This document shows, piece by piece, positions 1-10,733 of a DNA stretch of 42,330 nt (positions are counted from its first letter, which is position 1; the number at the start of each line of letters is the position of its first letter). The position numbers were made by a program, and so were the translations under genes. Below the pieces are notes generated by a model that was not told the DNA's origin, made no database searches, and saw only the letters and a list, made by a program, of their open reading frames with translations. This DNA is from an uncultured Clostridia bacterium (lineage in GTDB: Bacteria > Bacillota > Clostridia > Peptostreptococcales > Acidaminobacteraceae), in contig CAMFGQ010000001.1 in the NCBI GenBank assembly GCA_945950065.1, positions 1 to 42,330 of the forward strand. The letters are read 5' to 3'.

Positions 1-1
1 A

Positions 2-412
2 AGAACAAGGGCGCTGTATCAACCAGGAGACGAGTTCTCTGTTGTAGATGATGTTGTTTTTGTAGCTCAGTGGACTGAGACTCCTGTTGATCCAGACCCA
101 GTTGATCCTGATCCAGTTGATCCTGATCCAGTTGATCCTGATCCAGTTGATCCCGTTCCAGTCGATCCTGATCCAGTCGATCCTGATCCAACGGAACCTA
201 AACCTGAAGATCCTGAGGAGAAACCAGGAGTGGTGAAGCCAACCGAGCCTAAGGAAAAGGATCCTGCTGAAGATAAAAAAGACGATGGAAAGAAAGCAGA
301 GGAGAAAAAGAAAAGCCTACCATCAACAGGTAGTGTGAATTCCGTACTCTATCTACTGCTAGGTATGGGTCTCCTTGGAGCTTCTAGCCATCTACTGAGA
401 AAAGAAAAATAA
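2..412 (+). CDS. C-terminal fragment of an LPXTG (sortase-anchored) cell-wall surface protein; the 5' end lies outside the window
   Basis: Frame 2 is open from the window edge to the TAA at 410-412; track ORF 230..412 is only its tail. The translation ends KKKSLPSTG, then hydrophobic SVNSVLYLLLGMGLLGASSHLL, then RKEK. This is a canonical sortase sorting signal. It is preceded by VDPDP repeats and a Lys/Glu/Asp-rich spacer. Confidence 0.85.
   Translation, partial: RTRALYQPGDEFSVVDDVVFVAQWTETPVDPDPVDPDPVDPDPVDPDPVDPVPVDPDPVDPDPTEPKPEDPEEKPGVVKPTEPKEKDPAEDKKDDGKKAEEKKKSLPSTGSVNSVLYLLLGMGLLGASSHLLRKEK
86..190. repeat. Seven tandem copies of a 15-bp unit (consensus GTTGATCCTGATCCA), in frame, encoding (VDPDP)n
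   Basis: Read directly. Units start at 86, 101, 116, 131, 146, 161 and 176. Copies 2-4 are identical; the others differ by 1-3 nt. Confidence 0.95.
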
Positions 413-432
413 ACTGTTGGTTGAATGATGTG

Positions 433-468
433 GGTTTCGCTTCGAAAATTGAAGCGAAACCTTTTTTT
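433..468 (+). terminator. Rho-independent terminator of the surface-protein gene
   Basis: Perfect 11-bp stem GGTTTCGCTTC (433-443) / GAAGCGAAACC (451-461) with a 7-nt loop, followed by a T7 run (462-468). Confidence 0.85.
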
Positions 469-540
469 GATTCTACTTCAAGTTTCTCTCGAAAAGGAGA
501 TTGAACATGATACAATAGGAGAGGATAAAGGGAGGGGCTA

Positions 541-2049
541 GTGAAAAAAATAGGTTTTGATTCAGAAAAATACTTACGTGAGCAATCCCAATACATTTTG
601 GAGCGTGTTGCTCATTACGATAAATTATACTTAGAGTTCGGTGGGAAATTGTTTCATGATGCTCATGCAGCAAGAGTACTTCCTGGTTATGATCCCGATG
701 TAAAGATCAGTCTACTCAAACGGCTGAAGGACAAAATCGAAGTGATCATCTGTCTTTATGCTGGAGATATTGAGAGAAACAAAATTAACCAGAATTTAGG
801 CATCAGTTATGATCTAGAAATCTTCAAACAGATTGATGATTTGCGTGCTGCAGATCTTCCAGTGAATAGTGTGGTCTTAACCCGCTATGCCGATGAGCCT
901 TCAGCAGATGTCTTCATCAACAAATTGAAAAGCCGTGGCATCAATGTGGTGATCCACCGTGCTACCAAGGGATACCCTTCTGATGTTGACCTCATTGTTT
1001 CAGAAGAAGGTTATGGTCAAAACCCCTACATTGAAACTACCAAGCCCATCGTGGTGGTCACGGCACCAGGAGCGAATAACGGAAAGCTGTCTACATGTCT
1101 TAATCAGCTCTATTATGAAGCTCTTAAAGGTGTGAAAGCAGGCTATTCAAAATTTGAAACCTTCCCTGTATGGAATCTTCCCTTAAAGCATGCAGTGAAC
1201 ATCGCCTATGAAGCAGCTACTGTAGATCTCCAAGACATCAACATGATTGACTTTTATCACTTGGATGCCTATGGTGTCTCTGCAGTCAACTACAATCGGG
1301 ACATTGAGACCTTTCCTATTTTTAAGCGCATCGTTGAAAGGATCTCTGGAGAAGAGTCCACCTATCAATCACCTACCGATATGGGTGTAAACCGCATAGG
1401 CTTTGGCATCATCGATGAAGAAGTTGTGGTTCAAGCTGCTAAACAAGAGATCATCAGGCGCTATTTTAGAACTAAGGTAGATTATCGTTTAGGTTTAGTG
1501 AATACGGAGACCTACGAGCGAATGCAGTTGATTCTAGACAAAATGAATCTCACTGAATTTGACCGTAAGGTGGTACCGGCGGCTCGTGAAAAAGCAGAAC
1601 AGGTAAGATCTCAGCGGGGAGGGGATCTGGCACCAGCTGTAGCCATTGAACTTCATGATGGACACATCATTACGGGTCGAGCCACAGACATCATGCGTGC
1701 AAGCGCTTCTGCGATTCTCAATGCACTGAAGTACAGTGCTCGGATCAGCGATGAGATGTACCTTCTATCTCCGGTTATCCTAGAGCCCATCAGTAAGCTA
1801 AAGACTAAAGCACTGCGCAATACGGAGCGTGTGCTGGATTTGGAAGAGATCTTGATTGCACTGAGTATCAGTGCTGCTACCAATCCTGTGGCTCAAGTTG
1901 CTTTTGATCATTTGGAGAGTCTACGGGGATGCCAAGTTCATTCAACCACCATTCTCAATGCCAATGATGAGAGGGTCCTTAGGTCTTTGGGGCTTGAAGC
2001 GACCAGTGATGATGAATTTGCCACATCCAATTTATACTATAATAGTTAA
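541..2049 (+). CDS. DUF1846 / UPF0371 family protein (conserved, function unknown)
   Basis: 502-aa ORF with a GTG start 6 nt after a GGGAGGGG SD. The blocks [65 protein letters not shown] and SPTDMGVN match my recollection of streptococcal/lactobacillal UPF0371 proteins of about 500 aa. Confidence 0.88.
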   Translation: MKKIGFDSEKYLREQSQYILERVAHYDKLYLEFGGKLFHDAHAARVLPGYDPDVKISLLKRLKDKIEVIICLYAGDIERNKINQNLGISYDLEIFKQIDDLRAADLPVNSVVLTRYADEPSADVFINKLKSRGINVVIHRATKGYPSDVDLIVSEEGYGQNPYIETTKPIVVVTAPGANNGKLSTCLNQLYYEALKGVKAGYSKFETFPVWNLPLKHAVNIAYEAATVDLQDINMIDFYHLDAYGVSAVNYNRDIETFPIFKRIVERISGEESTYQSPTDMGVNRIGFGIIDEEVVVQAAKQEIIRRYFRTKVDYRLGLVNTETYERMQLILDKMNLTEFDRKVVPAAREKAEQVRSQRGGDLAPAVAIELHDGHIITGRATDIMRASASAILNALKYSARISDEMYLLSPVILEPISKLKTKALRNTERVLDLEEILIALSISAATNPVAQVAFDHLESLRGCQVHSTTILNANDERVLRSLGLEATSDDEFATSNLYYNS

Positions 2050-2050
2050 G

Positions 2051-2078
2051 AAACTGGTCCTTGTGGCCAGTTTTTTCT
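2051..2078 (+). terminator. Probable intrinsic terminator after the DUF1846 gene
   Basis: AAACTGG (2051-2057) / CCAGTTT (2067-2073) hairpin followed by a T-run. The stem is short and AT-rich. Confidence 0.45.
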
Positions 2079-2240
2079 TCCCATCATAAGGGGAGGGAGT
2101 GCTTTTTCTTTCTTCTTTTTATTGTTATTGTCCTTTGGTCTTTTTTCACTCCTTAAGTGATGCTTGGTTAAGTTAAGAAGGCAATCGTGTACTTTCTAGG
2201 TTTTGAAGGAATAATTTCTATTTTCAATGTAGAAAAAGTG

Positions 2241-2270
2241 TTGACTTCACCATGTCTTTCGTGGTATCCT
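2241..2270 (+). promoter_or_regulatory. Candidate sigma-A promoter for rpoBC
   Basis: TTGACT (2241-2246), 18-nt spacer, TATCCT (2265-2270) preceded by TGG, an extended -10-like TGn. It lies about 110 nt upstream of the rpoB ATG. Confidence 0.5.
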
Positions 2271-2379
2271 AACTAAGTATCTTTATTACTTTGGAACCGT
2301 ATGCTTATTTTTACTTATTTCACCTTTATTTCCTATGTAAATGAAGGAAACTTTATTGAACAAGGGGGGAGTTGCTTAG

Positions 2380-5300
2380 ATGCCACAACTTGTCAAATAT
2401 GGAAATGTCGAACGTCTATCATTCGCTCGAATTGATCAGCTTATCGACCTTCCGGATCTCTTAGAAATTCAAACAAAATCCTTTAAATGGTTTACTGAAA
2501 AAGGACTACGTGATGCTCTAGAAGATATTTCGCCGATTTACGATTATACAGAAAAGCTTCTTCTAGAGTTTATCGATTATCACTTTGACGAAAGTCCCAA
2601 GTATGATGTGCAGGAGTGTAAGGAGAGAGATGTTAGTTTCTCTGTAGCACTCCGTGTTCGTGTTCGCCTAACCAATAAAGAGACAGGCGAGATTAAAGAA
2701 CAAGAAGTCTTTATGGGGGATTTCCCTATGATGACAGAACGAGGGACCTTTGTCATCAATGGTGCTGAACGTGTTATCGTCAGCCAATTGGTGCGTTCAC
2801 CCTCCACCTACTTTACCATGAAGCTGGATAAATCTGGTAACCAGATGTATTCCGGACAAGTCATCCCCAATCGAGGAGCATGGCTAGAGTTTGAAACCGA
2901 TACCACAGAGAGTTTATCGGTGCGTATTGACCGAACAAGAAAACTACCTGTTACGGCTTTAATTCGTATGTTAGGTTATGAAAGCAACGAAAGTATCCTT
3001 GCTTTCTTTGGCGAGAGTGAAAGACTGCTCAAAACCCTTGATAAAGACGTTTCCACAAATCGTGAGGAAGGTCTCATTGAGATTTACAGAAAGCTCCGTC
3101 CCGGAGAACCCCCAACCATAGAAAGTGCCTCCAATCTTGTGGAGTCCATGTTCTTTGATGAACGCCGTTATGACTTAGCTCGAGTAGGGCGCTATAAATT
3201 CAATCAAAATCTAGATCTTTACCAACGCGGGGTAGGGCATCAGCTTGCTGAGGATGTAGTGGACCCCTCCACTGGTGAAATCCTCTATGAAGCAGGAACC
3301 CTGCTGAACAAGAAAATTTGTAGAGCCATCGAGAATGCTGGCATCAAGCGGATTGTTCTTGATGTAGAAGAAACGAAGGTTGTTGTTATCAGTAACCACA
3401 TGGTAGACATCGACAACTATGTTGAAGGCGTAGACAAAGAAATCATCAACGAGCGTGTTCATTACCCTGTTCTGATGGATATTTTGGAGAAATTTGAAGA
3501 TCCAGAGGAACGTCTTGCCATGCTTTATGAGCGTGTAGATGAACTGATTCCACGCCATATTACGGTAGATGACATGCTTGCTGCAGTCTCTTATTTCTTC
3601 AACCTCCCTCAAGGAGTTGGAGAAACTGATGACATTGACCACTTGTCCAATCGTCGTATTCGCAGCGTTGGCGAGCTTCTACAAAACCAATTCCGTATCG
3701 GTCTTTCTAGAATGGAAAGAGTGGTTCGAGAAAGAATGACCACCCAAGATGCCGATACCATTACGCCACAAACCTTGATCAATATCCGACCTGTGACAGC
3801 TGCTATCAAAGAATTCTTTGGAAGTAGCCAGTTGTCTCAGTTCATGGATCAAAATAACCCCTTGGCAGAACTCACCCATAAGAGAAGACTGTCTGCACTA
3901 GGACCTGGTGGTCTCTCAAGAGATAGAGCTGGCTTTGAAGTGCGTGACGTTCACTATTCACACTATGGAAGAATGTGTCCGATCGAGACGCCTGAGGGAC
4001 CAAACATTGGTCTGATCAGTTATCTCTCCACCTACGGAAGAATCAATGAATATGGCTTTATTGAGTCTCCCTATCGTGTAGTGGATACAGAAAAGCAAAT
4101 CGTGACCAACGAGATTGTCTATCTCAATGCCAACGATGAGCGTCATCAGGTGATTGTTCCAGCCAATGAACCCTTGGATAAAAACGGCAAAATCATCGCC
4201 GACAAAATCATCGTGCGCTACGATGGGGAAATCAAAGAAGTTGACAGTAGCCTCTGTACCTATATGGAGGTATCACCTCAACAGATGGTTTCCATTGCGA
4301 CTGCGCTGATTCCTTTCCTTGAGAATGACGACTCTGTTCGTGCTCTCATGGGATCCAACATGCAGAAGCAAGCTGTTCCCCTGATTAAACCTCAATCACC
4401 TATTGTAGGTACGGGAATGGAATACAAATCCGCCTATGACAGTGGCTCCTTGATCCTAGCCGAGAACAGTGGTGAGGTCATTAAGTCCACAGGAGACGAA
4501 GTCATTGTGCGCAGAAGCGAGGATGCAAGTCTTGATAAATATCCTCTCCTTAAATTCAAACGTTCTAACCAAGGAACCACCATCCACCACAAACCCATTG
4601 TCACCAAAGGTGAAATGGTAGAAGGTGGACAAGTCCTTTGTGATGGCCCGAGTACTGAAGAAGGGGAAATGGCTCTTGGAGCAAATATCCTCGTTGGCTT
4701 TATGACCTGGGAGGGCTATAACTTTGAGGACGCGATCCTCATTAGTGAAGAACTGGTTGAGAAGGATATCTTAACCTCCATTCATATTGAGGAATACGAA
4801 GCAGAAGCTCGTGATACCAAGCTTGGTCCTGAAGAAATTACCCGCGATATCCCCAATGTGGGTGACGAAGCCTTAAAGGATCTGGATGAGCGAGGAATCG
4901 TTCGTATCGGGGCTGAGGTTGGTTCTGGTGACATCCTAGTTGGTAAAGTTACCCCTAAAGGAGAAACTGAATTAACCCCAGAAGAAAGACTGCTGCGTGC
5001 CATCTTTGGTAAGAAAGCCAGAGAAGTACGTGATACTTCTCTAAAAGTTCCCCATGGTGTATCGGGAATCGTCGTTGACATTAAGTTCTTCAGTCGTGAA
5101 AACAATGATGAAATGACACCTGGTGTGAATGAACTTGTACGAGTGTACATTGCGAAGAAAAGAAAAATTAATGTAGGAGACAAAATGGCAGGCCGCCATG
5201 GTAACAAAGGTGTTATCTCCAAGATTCTTCCAAAAGAAGATATGCCTTTCTTGGATGATGGTCGACCCCTGCAAATTCTCCTTAGCCCACTTGGCGTTCC

Positions 5301-6042
5301 TTCACGGATGAACGTTGGCCAAGTTCTCGAGGTTCACCTTGGACTTGCAGCCAATGCTCTGGGCATGAAGGTAGCTACTCCCGTCTTTGATGGGGCCAAT
5401 GAGTCTCAAATCGAGGATCTGCTGGAAAAAGCAGGCTATCCACGAGATGGTAGACTCCCCCTACGAGATGGACGTACCGGCGACTACTTTGATCAAGAAG
5501 TTACCGTGGGCTATATGTATATGTTAAAACTTCACCACCTTGTCGATGACAAAATCCACGCCAGAAGTACTGGACCTTATTCCTTAGTTACCCAGCAACC
5601 TCTGGGCGGTAAGGCACAGTTCGGTGGTCAGCGCTTTGGTGAGATGGAGGTATGGGCACTTGAAGCTTATGGAGCAGCCTATACTCTGCAAGAAGTTCTT
5701 ACCGTTAAAAGTGACGACGTCATCGGTCGTGTAAAAGCCTATGAGGCCATCGTCAAAGGTGAAGATATTCCAAGTCCAGGAGTTCCTGAGTCCTTTAAAG
5801 TCCTCATCAAAGAATTCCAATCCTTGGCCCTTGATGTCAAGGTTATGGATGATGAAGGACAAGAAGTGAATCTTGAACTTGAGGACGATTATGAGTTGAG
5901 TGGTGACACCCAAGAACTCATTGCAGGCAATGAGCAAGCAGGTGTTGCTGAAGAAGACATGGACTCTTTAGAGGAAGTCGAGCTAGAAGAGGAATCCAGT
6001 CTTGAAGAAGATGATTCTGATTTGGAAGAAGATGAAGAATAG
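2380..6042 (+). CDS. rpoB: DNA-directed RNA polymerase beta subunit
   Basis: 1220 aa with a GGGGGGA SD upstream. It has the Rif-cluster sequence [33 protein letters not shown] and the [17 protein letters not shown] motif. The C-terminal tail is acidic. Confidence 0.99.
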   Translation: MPQLVKYGNVERLSFARIDQLIDLPDLLEIQTKSFKWFTEKGLRDALEDISPIYDYTEKLLLEFIDYHFDESPKYDVQECKERDVSFSVALRVRVRLTNKETGEIKEQEVFMGDFPMMTERGTFVINGAERVIVSQLVRSPSTYFTMKLDKSGNQMYSGQVIPNRGAWLEFETDTTESLSVRIDRTRKLPVTALIRMLGYESNESILAFFGESERLLKTLDKDVSTNREEGLIEIYRKLRPGEPPTIESASNLVESMFFDERRYDLARVGRYKFNQNLDLYQRGVGHQLAEDVVDPSTGEILYEAGTLLNKKICRAIENAGIKRIVLDVEETKVVVISNHMVDIDNYVEGVDKEIINERVHYPVLMDILEKFEDPEERLAMLYERVDELIPRHITVDDMLAAVSYFFNLPQGVGETDDIDHLSNRRIRSVGELLQNQFRIGLSRMERVVRERMTTQDADTITPQTLINIRPVTAAIKEFFGSSQLSQFMDQNNPLAELTHKRRLSALGPGGLSRDRAGFEVRDVHYSHYGRMCPIETPEGPNIGLISYLSTYGRINEYGFIESPYRVVDTEKQIVTNEIVYLNANDERHQVIVPANEPLDKNGKIIADKIIVRYDGEIKEVDSSLCTYMEVSPQQMVSIATALIPFLENDDSVRALMGSNMQKQAVPLIKPQSPIVGTGMEYKSAYDSGSLILAENSGEVIKSTGDEVIVRRSEDASLDKYPLLKFKRSNQGTTIHHKPIVTKGEMVEGGQVLCDGPSTEEGEMALGANILVGFMTWEGYNFEDAILISEELVEKDILTSIHIEEYEAEARDTKLGPEEITRDIPNVGDEALKDLDERGIVRIGAEVGSGDILVGKVTPKGETELTPEERLLRAIFGKKAREVRDTSLKVPHGVSGIVVDIKFFSRENNDEMTPGVNELVRVYIAKKRKINVGDKMAGRHGNKGVISKILPKEDMPFLDDGRPLQILLSPLGVPSRMNVGQVLEVHLGLAANALGMKVATPVFDGANESQIEDLLEKAGYPRDGRLPLRDGRTGDYFDQEVTVGYMYMLKLHHLVDDKIHARSTGPYSLVTQQPLGGKAQFGGQRFGEMEVWALEAYGAAYTLQEVLTVKSDDVIGRVKAYEAIVKGEDIPSPGVPESFKVLIKEFQSLALDVKVMDDEGQEVNLELEDDYELSGDTQELIAGNEQAGVAEEDMDSLEEVELEEESSLEEDDSDLEEDEE

Positions 6043-6056
6043 GAAGGGAGAGGCTA

Positions 6057-9000
6057 TTGTTAGAATTTAATAATTTTGAATCCATACGAATTGGACTTGC
6101 TTCCCCTCAGAAGATCAGAGAATGGTCCTATGGCGAAGTAAAAAAACCCGAAACCATCAACTATAGAACATTAAAGCCAGAAAAAGAAGGCCTCTTCTGC
6201 GAAAAAATCTTTGGACCTCAAAAAGACTGGGAATGTCATTGTGGTAAATACAAAAGAATTCGCTTTAAAGGCGTGATTTGTGATAAATGTGGTGTAGAGG
6301 TCACCAAGGCCAGTGTACGCCGTGAGCGTATGGGCCATATTGAATTGGCTGCACCGGTATCCCATATTTGGTACTTTAGAGGGATCCCTTCAAAGATGGG
6401 AATTCTTCTTAATCTGTCACCAAAAAACTTAGAGAAAGTCCTATACTTTGCTTCTTATATTGTGCTGGATGAGGGAGATACGACTTTAATGAAGTATCAG
6501 ATTCTTTCCGAAGCAGAGTATGCTGACAATCGCGATCTCTTTGGAACCCGCTTTAGAGCTGGTATGGGTGCTGAAGCCATTAAAGAACTTCTGGAAGAAC
6601 TGAATCTAGACCAGATTGCAGAAGAACTACGTGAGACCATCGAGACCACAACAGGACAGCGACGCAGTAAAGCGGTACGCCGTCTTGATGTGGTGGAGTC
6701 CTTTAGACAATCAGGGAATCAACCTGAATGGATGATTCTTGATGCTATTCCTGTGATTCCACCTGATCTGCGCCCCATGGTCCAGCTGGATGGTGGTCGT
6801 TTTGCGGCATCTGACCTCAATGACCTCTATCGTCGTGTGATCAACAGGAACAACCGTCTGAAAAAATTACTTGATCTGCGTGCGCCAGAAATCATCATTA
6901 AAAATGAGAAACGCATGCTGCAAGAGGCGGTAGACTCCCTTGTAGACAATGGTCGTCGTGGCCGTCCTGTTACAGGACCAGGAAAACGTCCTCTTAAATC
7001 CCTATCCGATATGCTTAAAGGAAAGCAGGGACGATTCCGCCAAAATCTTCTTGGAAAGCGTGTAGACTATTCAGGACGCTCCGTTATCGTTGTTGGACCT
7101 GAACTGAAGTTCTACCAATGTGGTCTTCCCAAGAAAATGGCTCTGGAACTTTACAAACCCTTTGTCATGCGTAAACTGATGAGCGATGATCGTGTCGGTC
7201 ATGTGAAAAGTGCAAAGCGCATGGTTGAAAAAGAGCATACAGAAGTATGGGACATTGTTGAAGAAGTCATCAAGGAGCATCCTGTTCTATTGAACCGTGC
7301 ACCTACCCTTCACCGTTTAGGTATCCAAGCCTTTGAACCTGTCCTTGTAGAGGGTAAAGCCATTAAACTGCACCCTCTCGTGTGTACAGCCTATAACGCT
7401 GACTTTGACGGTGACCAGATGGCGGTTCACGTGCCCCTAAGTGTGGAAGCTCAAGCTGAGGCAAGATTCCTGATGCTAAGCTCCAACAACATCCTTGCAC
7501 CAAAAGATGGTAAGCCCATCACCACGCCTACACAGGACATGGTACTTGGCTGCTACTATCTAACCCTTCATGAAGAGGGAGTCAAGGGTGAGGGCAAAGT
7601 CTTCGCAAACTATGATGAAATGATCATGGCCTACGAACATGGTGATGTTCATCTTCATGCCATGGTAGAAGTACGCGTTACCAACAAAAAAGGCACCGCA
7701 CGTGTCAAGAGTACGGTAGGACGCTTTATCTTCAATAGTAGAATTCCTCAGGATATTGGGCTGGTGGATCGTAGAAAAGATCCCTTCTCCCTAGAGATGG
7801 ATCAGGTCTGTACCCAAAAAGTCCTTGAGTTTATCATTGAAAAAGCCTATGAGAACAAAGGCTCCAATGTGACAGCAGAGATGCTGGATAACATGAAAGA
7901 TTTGGGCTTTAAGTACTCAACCAAATCAGCCATCAGCATCAGTATGGCCGATATGGTGGTTCCTCCCGAAAAAGAGGAGCTCATTGCCGAAACCCGTAAA
8001 CTAGAAGACGAGTACATTAAGCACTATCGAAAAGGACTCATCAGTGATGATGAGCGCCATGAGTTTGTCATCAAGATCTGGGGTGAGACCAAGGATCGTA
8101 TCAAGAATGCTGTAATCAGAAATCTTGGCCCCATGAATAGTCTGTACATTATGAGTCAATCTGGTGCTCGTGGTAATGCCAACCAGATTTCACAGATCTG
8201 TGGTATCCGTGGAAACATGGCTAGTGCTACTGGTAAAACCGTTGAAGTTCCCATTCTTGGAAGCCTCCGAGAAGGCCTCTCTATCCTTGAGTACTTTATT
8301 TCTACAACAGGTGCTCGTAAGGGTAGTGCTGACACGGCGCTTCGTACAGCTGACTCCGGTTATCTAACCCGTAGACTGGTTGACGTTAGCCAGGATGTCA
8401 TCGTAAAAGAAGAGGACTGTGGTACCGAGAAGGGAATTGAACTGGTCGCCATTAAAGAGGGCAATGAGGTCATTGAAGATCTCACCTCAAGAATTCTTGG
8501 ACGTTATCCCGCAGAGGACATCAAGACCAAAAGAGGTCGTCTCATCTGCGATACCAATACGCGAATCAACTCTGCCATTGCTGCAGACATTGAAGAAAGT
8601 GGATTGGAATCCGTCTATGTGCGTTCAGTCCTAACCTGTGAGACCGAAGGTGGAGTCTGTGCCAAATGTTACGGCATTAACTTGGCCGACGGCCGTAGCG
8701 TCAATGTGGGTGAGGCAGTCGGAACCATCGCAGCTCAGTCCATTGGTGAGCCTGGTACACAGTTAACCATGCGTACCTTCCATACTGGTGGTGTTGCAGG
8801 TGGTGCGGACATTACCCAAGGTCTTCCTCGTGTAGAGGAGATTTTTGAAGCACGTAAGCCTAAAGGACTTGCACTCATCGCAAGAAATGGTGGACGCTTT
8901 AACATTGTTGAAGAAGGACGTCGTAAAGAGATCCTCATCACTGATGAAGACGGAAATGTCGATCGCTATCAAGTGGTCTATGGATCAAAGATCCGTTTCA

Positions 9001-9536
9001 AAGATGGTGATGTGGTGAAAAAAGGTGAGCAACTCACCGACGGTTCACTCTATCCTGCCGAAATCCTTAGCATTACAGGTGTAGAAGGTGTGGAAGAGTA
9101 CATTGTTAAGGAAGTTCAAAAGGTCTATGTAAGCCAAGGTGTTACCATTAATGATAAGCACATTGAAATCATTGCAAAGCAAATGCTTTCAAAGATTCGC
9201 ATCATCGATGGAGGGGATACCGACTTTATCCCTGGTAATAATGAGAACTACCAAAGCTTCGTACGCGTCAATCGTGAGATGGAAAAAGAAGGTAAAAAAC
9301 CTGCTGTTGGAGAAAGAATTGTTCTGGGTATTACCAAGGCAAGTCTTTCTACAGAATCTTTCCTCTCTGCTGCATCCTTCCAGGAGACAACACGTGTCCT
9401 AACGGAAGCTGCAATTAAAGGGAAAGAAGACCGACTGGTTGGTCTAAAGGAGAATGTCATCATTGGCAAGCTCATACCAGCTGGTACAGGTATTGGACGC
9501 TATCGCTATATTGATACAACTCCGGGCGGTGAATAA
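6057..9536 (+). CDS. rpoC: DNA-directed RNA polymerase beta' subunit
   Basis: 1159 aa with a TTG start after a GGAAGGGAGAGG SD. It has the Zn ribbon [21 protein letters not shown] and the catalytic motif [12 protein letters not shown]. Confidence 0.98.
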   Translation: MLEFNNFESIRIGLASPQKIREWSYGEVKKPETINYRTLKPEKEGLFCEKIFGPQKDWECHCGKYKRIRFKGVICDKCGVEVTKASVRRERMGHIELAAPVSHIWYFRGIPSKMGILLNLSPKNLEKVLYFASYIVLDEGDTTLMKYQILSEAEYADNRDLFGTRFRAGMGAEAIKELLEELNLDQIAEELRETIETTTGQRRSKAVRRLDVVESFRQSGNQPEWMILDAIPVIPPDLRPMVQLDGGRFAASDLNDLYRRVINRNNRLKKLLDLRAPEIIIKNEKRMLQEAVDSLVDNGRRGRPVTGPGKRPLKSLSDMLKGKQGRFRQNLLGKRVDYSGRSVIVVGPELKFYQCGLPKKMALELYKPFVMRKLMSDDRVGHVKSAKRMVEKEHTEVWDIVEEVIKEHPVLLNRAPTLHRLGIQAFEPVLVEGKAIKLHPLVCTAYNADFDGDQMAVHVPLSVEAQAEARFLMLSSNNILAPKDGKPITTPTQDMVLGCYYLTLHEEGVKGEGKVFANYDEMIMAYEHGDVHLHAMVEVRVTNKKGTARVKSTVGRFIFNSRIPQDIGLVDRRKDPFSLEMDQVCTQKVLEFIIEKAYENKGSNVTAEMLDNMKDLGFKYSTKSAISISMADMVVPPEKEELIAETRKLEDEYIKHYRKGLISDDERHEFVIKIWGETKDRIKNAVIRNLGPMNSLYIMSQSGARGNANQISQICGIRGNMASATGKTVEVPILGSLREGLSILEYFISTTGARKGSADTALRTADSGYLTRRLVDVSQDVIVKEEDCGTEKGIELVAIKEGNEVIEDLTSRILGRYPAEDIKTKRGRLICDTNTRINSAIAADIEESGLESVYVRSVLTCETEGGVCAKCYGINLADGRSVNVGEAVGTIAAQSIGEPGTQLTMRTFHTGGVAGGADITQGLPRVEEIFEARKPKGLALIARNGGRFNIVEEGRRKEILITDEDGNVDRYQVVYGSKIRFKDGDVVKKGEQLTDGSLYPAEILSITGVEGVEEYIVKEVQKVYVSQGVTINDKHIEIIAKQMLSKIRIIDGGDTDFIPGNNENYQSFVRVNREMEKEGKKPAVGERIVLGITKASLSTESFLSAASFQETTRVLTEAAIKGKEDRLVGLKENVIIGKLIPAGTGIGRYRYIDTTPGGE

Positions 9537-9558
9537 ACCGCCCAGAGCCTTTTCCCTG

Positions 9559-9587
9559 TTGACGTTGTCATGGGGAAGTGATAGAAT
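9559..9587 (+). promoter_or_regulatory. Candidate sigma-A promoter of the rpsL-rpsG-fusA-tuf (str) operon
   Basis: TTGACG (9559-9564), 17-nt spacer, TAGAAT (9582-9587) with TG at -15/-14 (TGATAGAAT). Confidence 0.65.
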
Positions 9588-9771
9588 CTTTAAGGTATGG
9601 GAATAGGCAGGAAAAGTACCTGCTTGTGGCCTTAGTCAACAGATGCTAGGCAGGAGACCTAGACGCTAAGGCTGCTTTTGCTGAACATGCATCAATCAGT
9701 CTCTTTTCGAAGAGACCTTGAGATAGAGTAGTCCAACTACTAAATTATTATTTAAAAGGAAAGGAGGAAAT
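9588..9771 (+). promoter_or_regulatory. Structured 5' leader of the str operon, about 180 nt
   Basis: Three hairpins. GCAGG/CCTGC at 9607-9623. GGCCTTAG (9628-9635) / CTAAGGC (9666-9672), which encloses CTAGG/CCTAG (9646-9662) and is followed by TGCTTTTGC. GTCTCTT/AAGAGAC at 9679-9696. Confidence 0.4.
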
Positions 9772-10185
9772 ATGCCAACGATTAACCAATTGGTGCGCAT
9801 GGGCCGTGAAACAAAGAAAAAGAAATCTGATGCCCCTGCACTGCAAAGAAACTTTAACACTTTGCAAAATAGAGCCACCAAGCACAATGCTCCTCAAAAA
9901 AGAGGCGTTTGTACATCAGTTAAAACAGTTACCCCCAAGAAGCCTAACTCCGCGCTTCGTAAAGTAGCAAGAGTTCGTTTGACAAATGGTATGGAAGTAT
10001 CTGCTTATATTCCTGGTGAAGGACACAATCTTCAAGAGCATAGCGTTGTACTCATCCGTGGTGGAAGAGTCCGGGATATCCCCGGGGTACGTTATCATAT
10101 CGTTCGCGGTGTATTAGACACAGCCGGGGTTCAAGATAGAAAACAGGCAAGATCAAAATACGGCGCCAAGAGGCCTAGAAAATAG
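9772..10185 (+). CDS. rpsL: 30S ribosomal protein S12
   Basis: 137 aa. MPTINQLVR start and [15 protein letters not shown] motif, with an AAAGGAGGA SD. Confidence 0.98.
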   Translation: MPTINQLVRMGRETKKKKSDAPALQRNFNTLQNRATKHNAPQKRGVCTSVKTVTPKKPNSALRKVARVRLTNGMEVSAYIPGEGHNLQEHSVVLIRGGRVRDIPGVRYHIVRGVLDTAGVQDRKQARSKYGAKRPRK

Positions 10186-10240
10186 ACCTTTTATTATGGT
10201 TCAGTACCGATGAATAAAGAATTTTAAGGAGGGAAGGAAA

Positions 10241-10711
10241 GTGCCAAGAAAAGGTAGAGTTCCAAAAAGAGATGTGCTTCCTGATGCCGTATACGGTAGT
10301 AAGGTAGTCACAAAGCTGATCAACAATGTTATGCTTGATGGCAAAAAAGGCATTGCTCAGGAAATTGTCTACGGCGCATTAGAAGCAGCTGCAGAGAAAT
10401 CCGGTAAACCAGCAATTGAATGCTTTAATCAAGCACTTAACAATGTTATGCCTGTTGTAGAAGTAAAAGCTCGCCGTGTAGGTGGAGCCAACTACCAAGT
10501 TCCTATCGAAGTTCGTCCAGAAAGACGTCAGACTCTAGGACTTAGGTGGCTTGTAGAACATACAAGAAAAAGAAAAGAAAGAACAATGATAGAACGCCTC
10601 ACTGCAGAAATCTTAGATGCAATGAACAATACAGGCGGAGCTGTCAGGAAAAAAGACGAAGTGCATAAAATGGCTGAAGCCAATAAAGCTTTTGCACATT
10701 TTAGATACTAA
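10241..10711 (+). CDS. rpsG: 30S ribosomal protein S7
   Basis: 156 aa with a GTG start after a [28 protein letters not shown]-terminus. Confidence 0.97.
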   Translation: MPRKGRVPKRDVLPDAVYGSKVVTKLINNVMLDGKKGIAQEIVYGALEAAAEKSGKPAIECFNQALNNVMPVVEVKARRVGGANYQVPIEVRPERRQTLGLRWLVEHTRKRKERTMIERLTAEILDAMNNTGGAVRKKDEVHKMAEANKAFAHFRY

Positions 10712-10733
10712 AACGGTCTGAAGGGAGGTAATC

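Noticed and set aside
2101-2147. Roughly 47-nt pyrimidine-rich tract (CTTTTTCTTTCTTCTTTTTATTGTTATTGTCCTTTGGTCTTTTTTC) upstream of rpoB
   Set aside because: It has no repeat unit, palindrome or coding potential. It is probably just spacer or terminator-trailing T-rich sequence, and I can infer no specific function.
2301-2435. Roughly 44-aa ORF in the rpoB leader that overlaps the rpoB start out of frame
   Set aside because: It has no SD. Its hydrophobic N-terminus is probably an artefact of the T-rich spacer, and it runs into a conserved gene in another frame.
3211-5222. Antisense ORFs of 143 aa and 146 aa (3211..3642, 4782..5222), plus shorter ones, inside rpoB
   Set aside because: These are typical long antisense reading frames within a large conserved gene. 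They have no SD or promoter signals and no recognisable motifs.
9524-9543. GGGCGGT/ACCGCCC hairpin spanning the rpoC stop codon, considered as a terminator
   Set aside because: No T-run follows the stem immediately (AGAGCC comes first). It may still pause or weakly terminate transcription, but it does not meet the intrinsic-terminator pattern seen elsewhere in this window.
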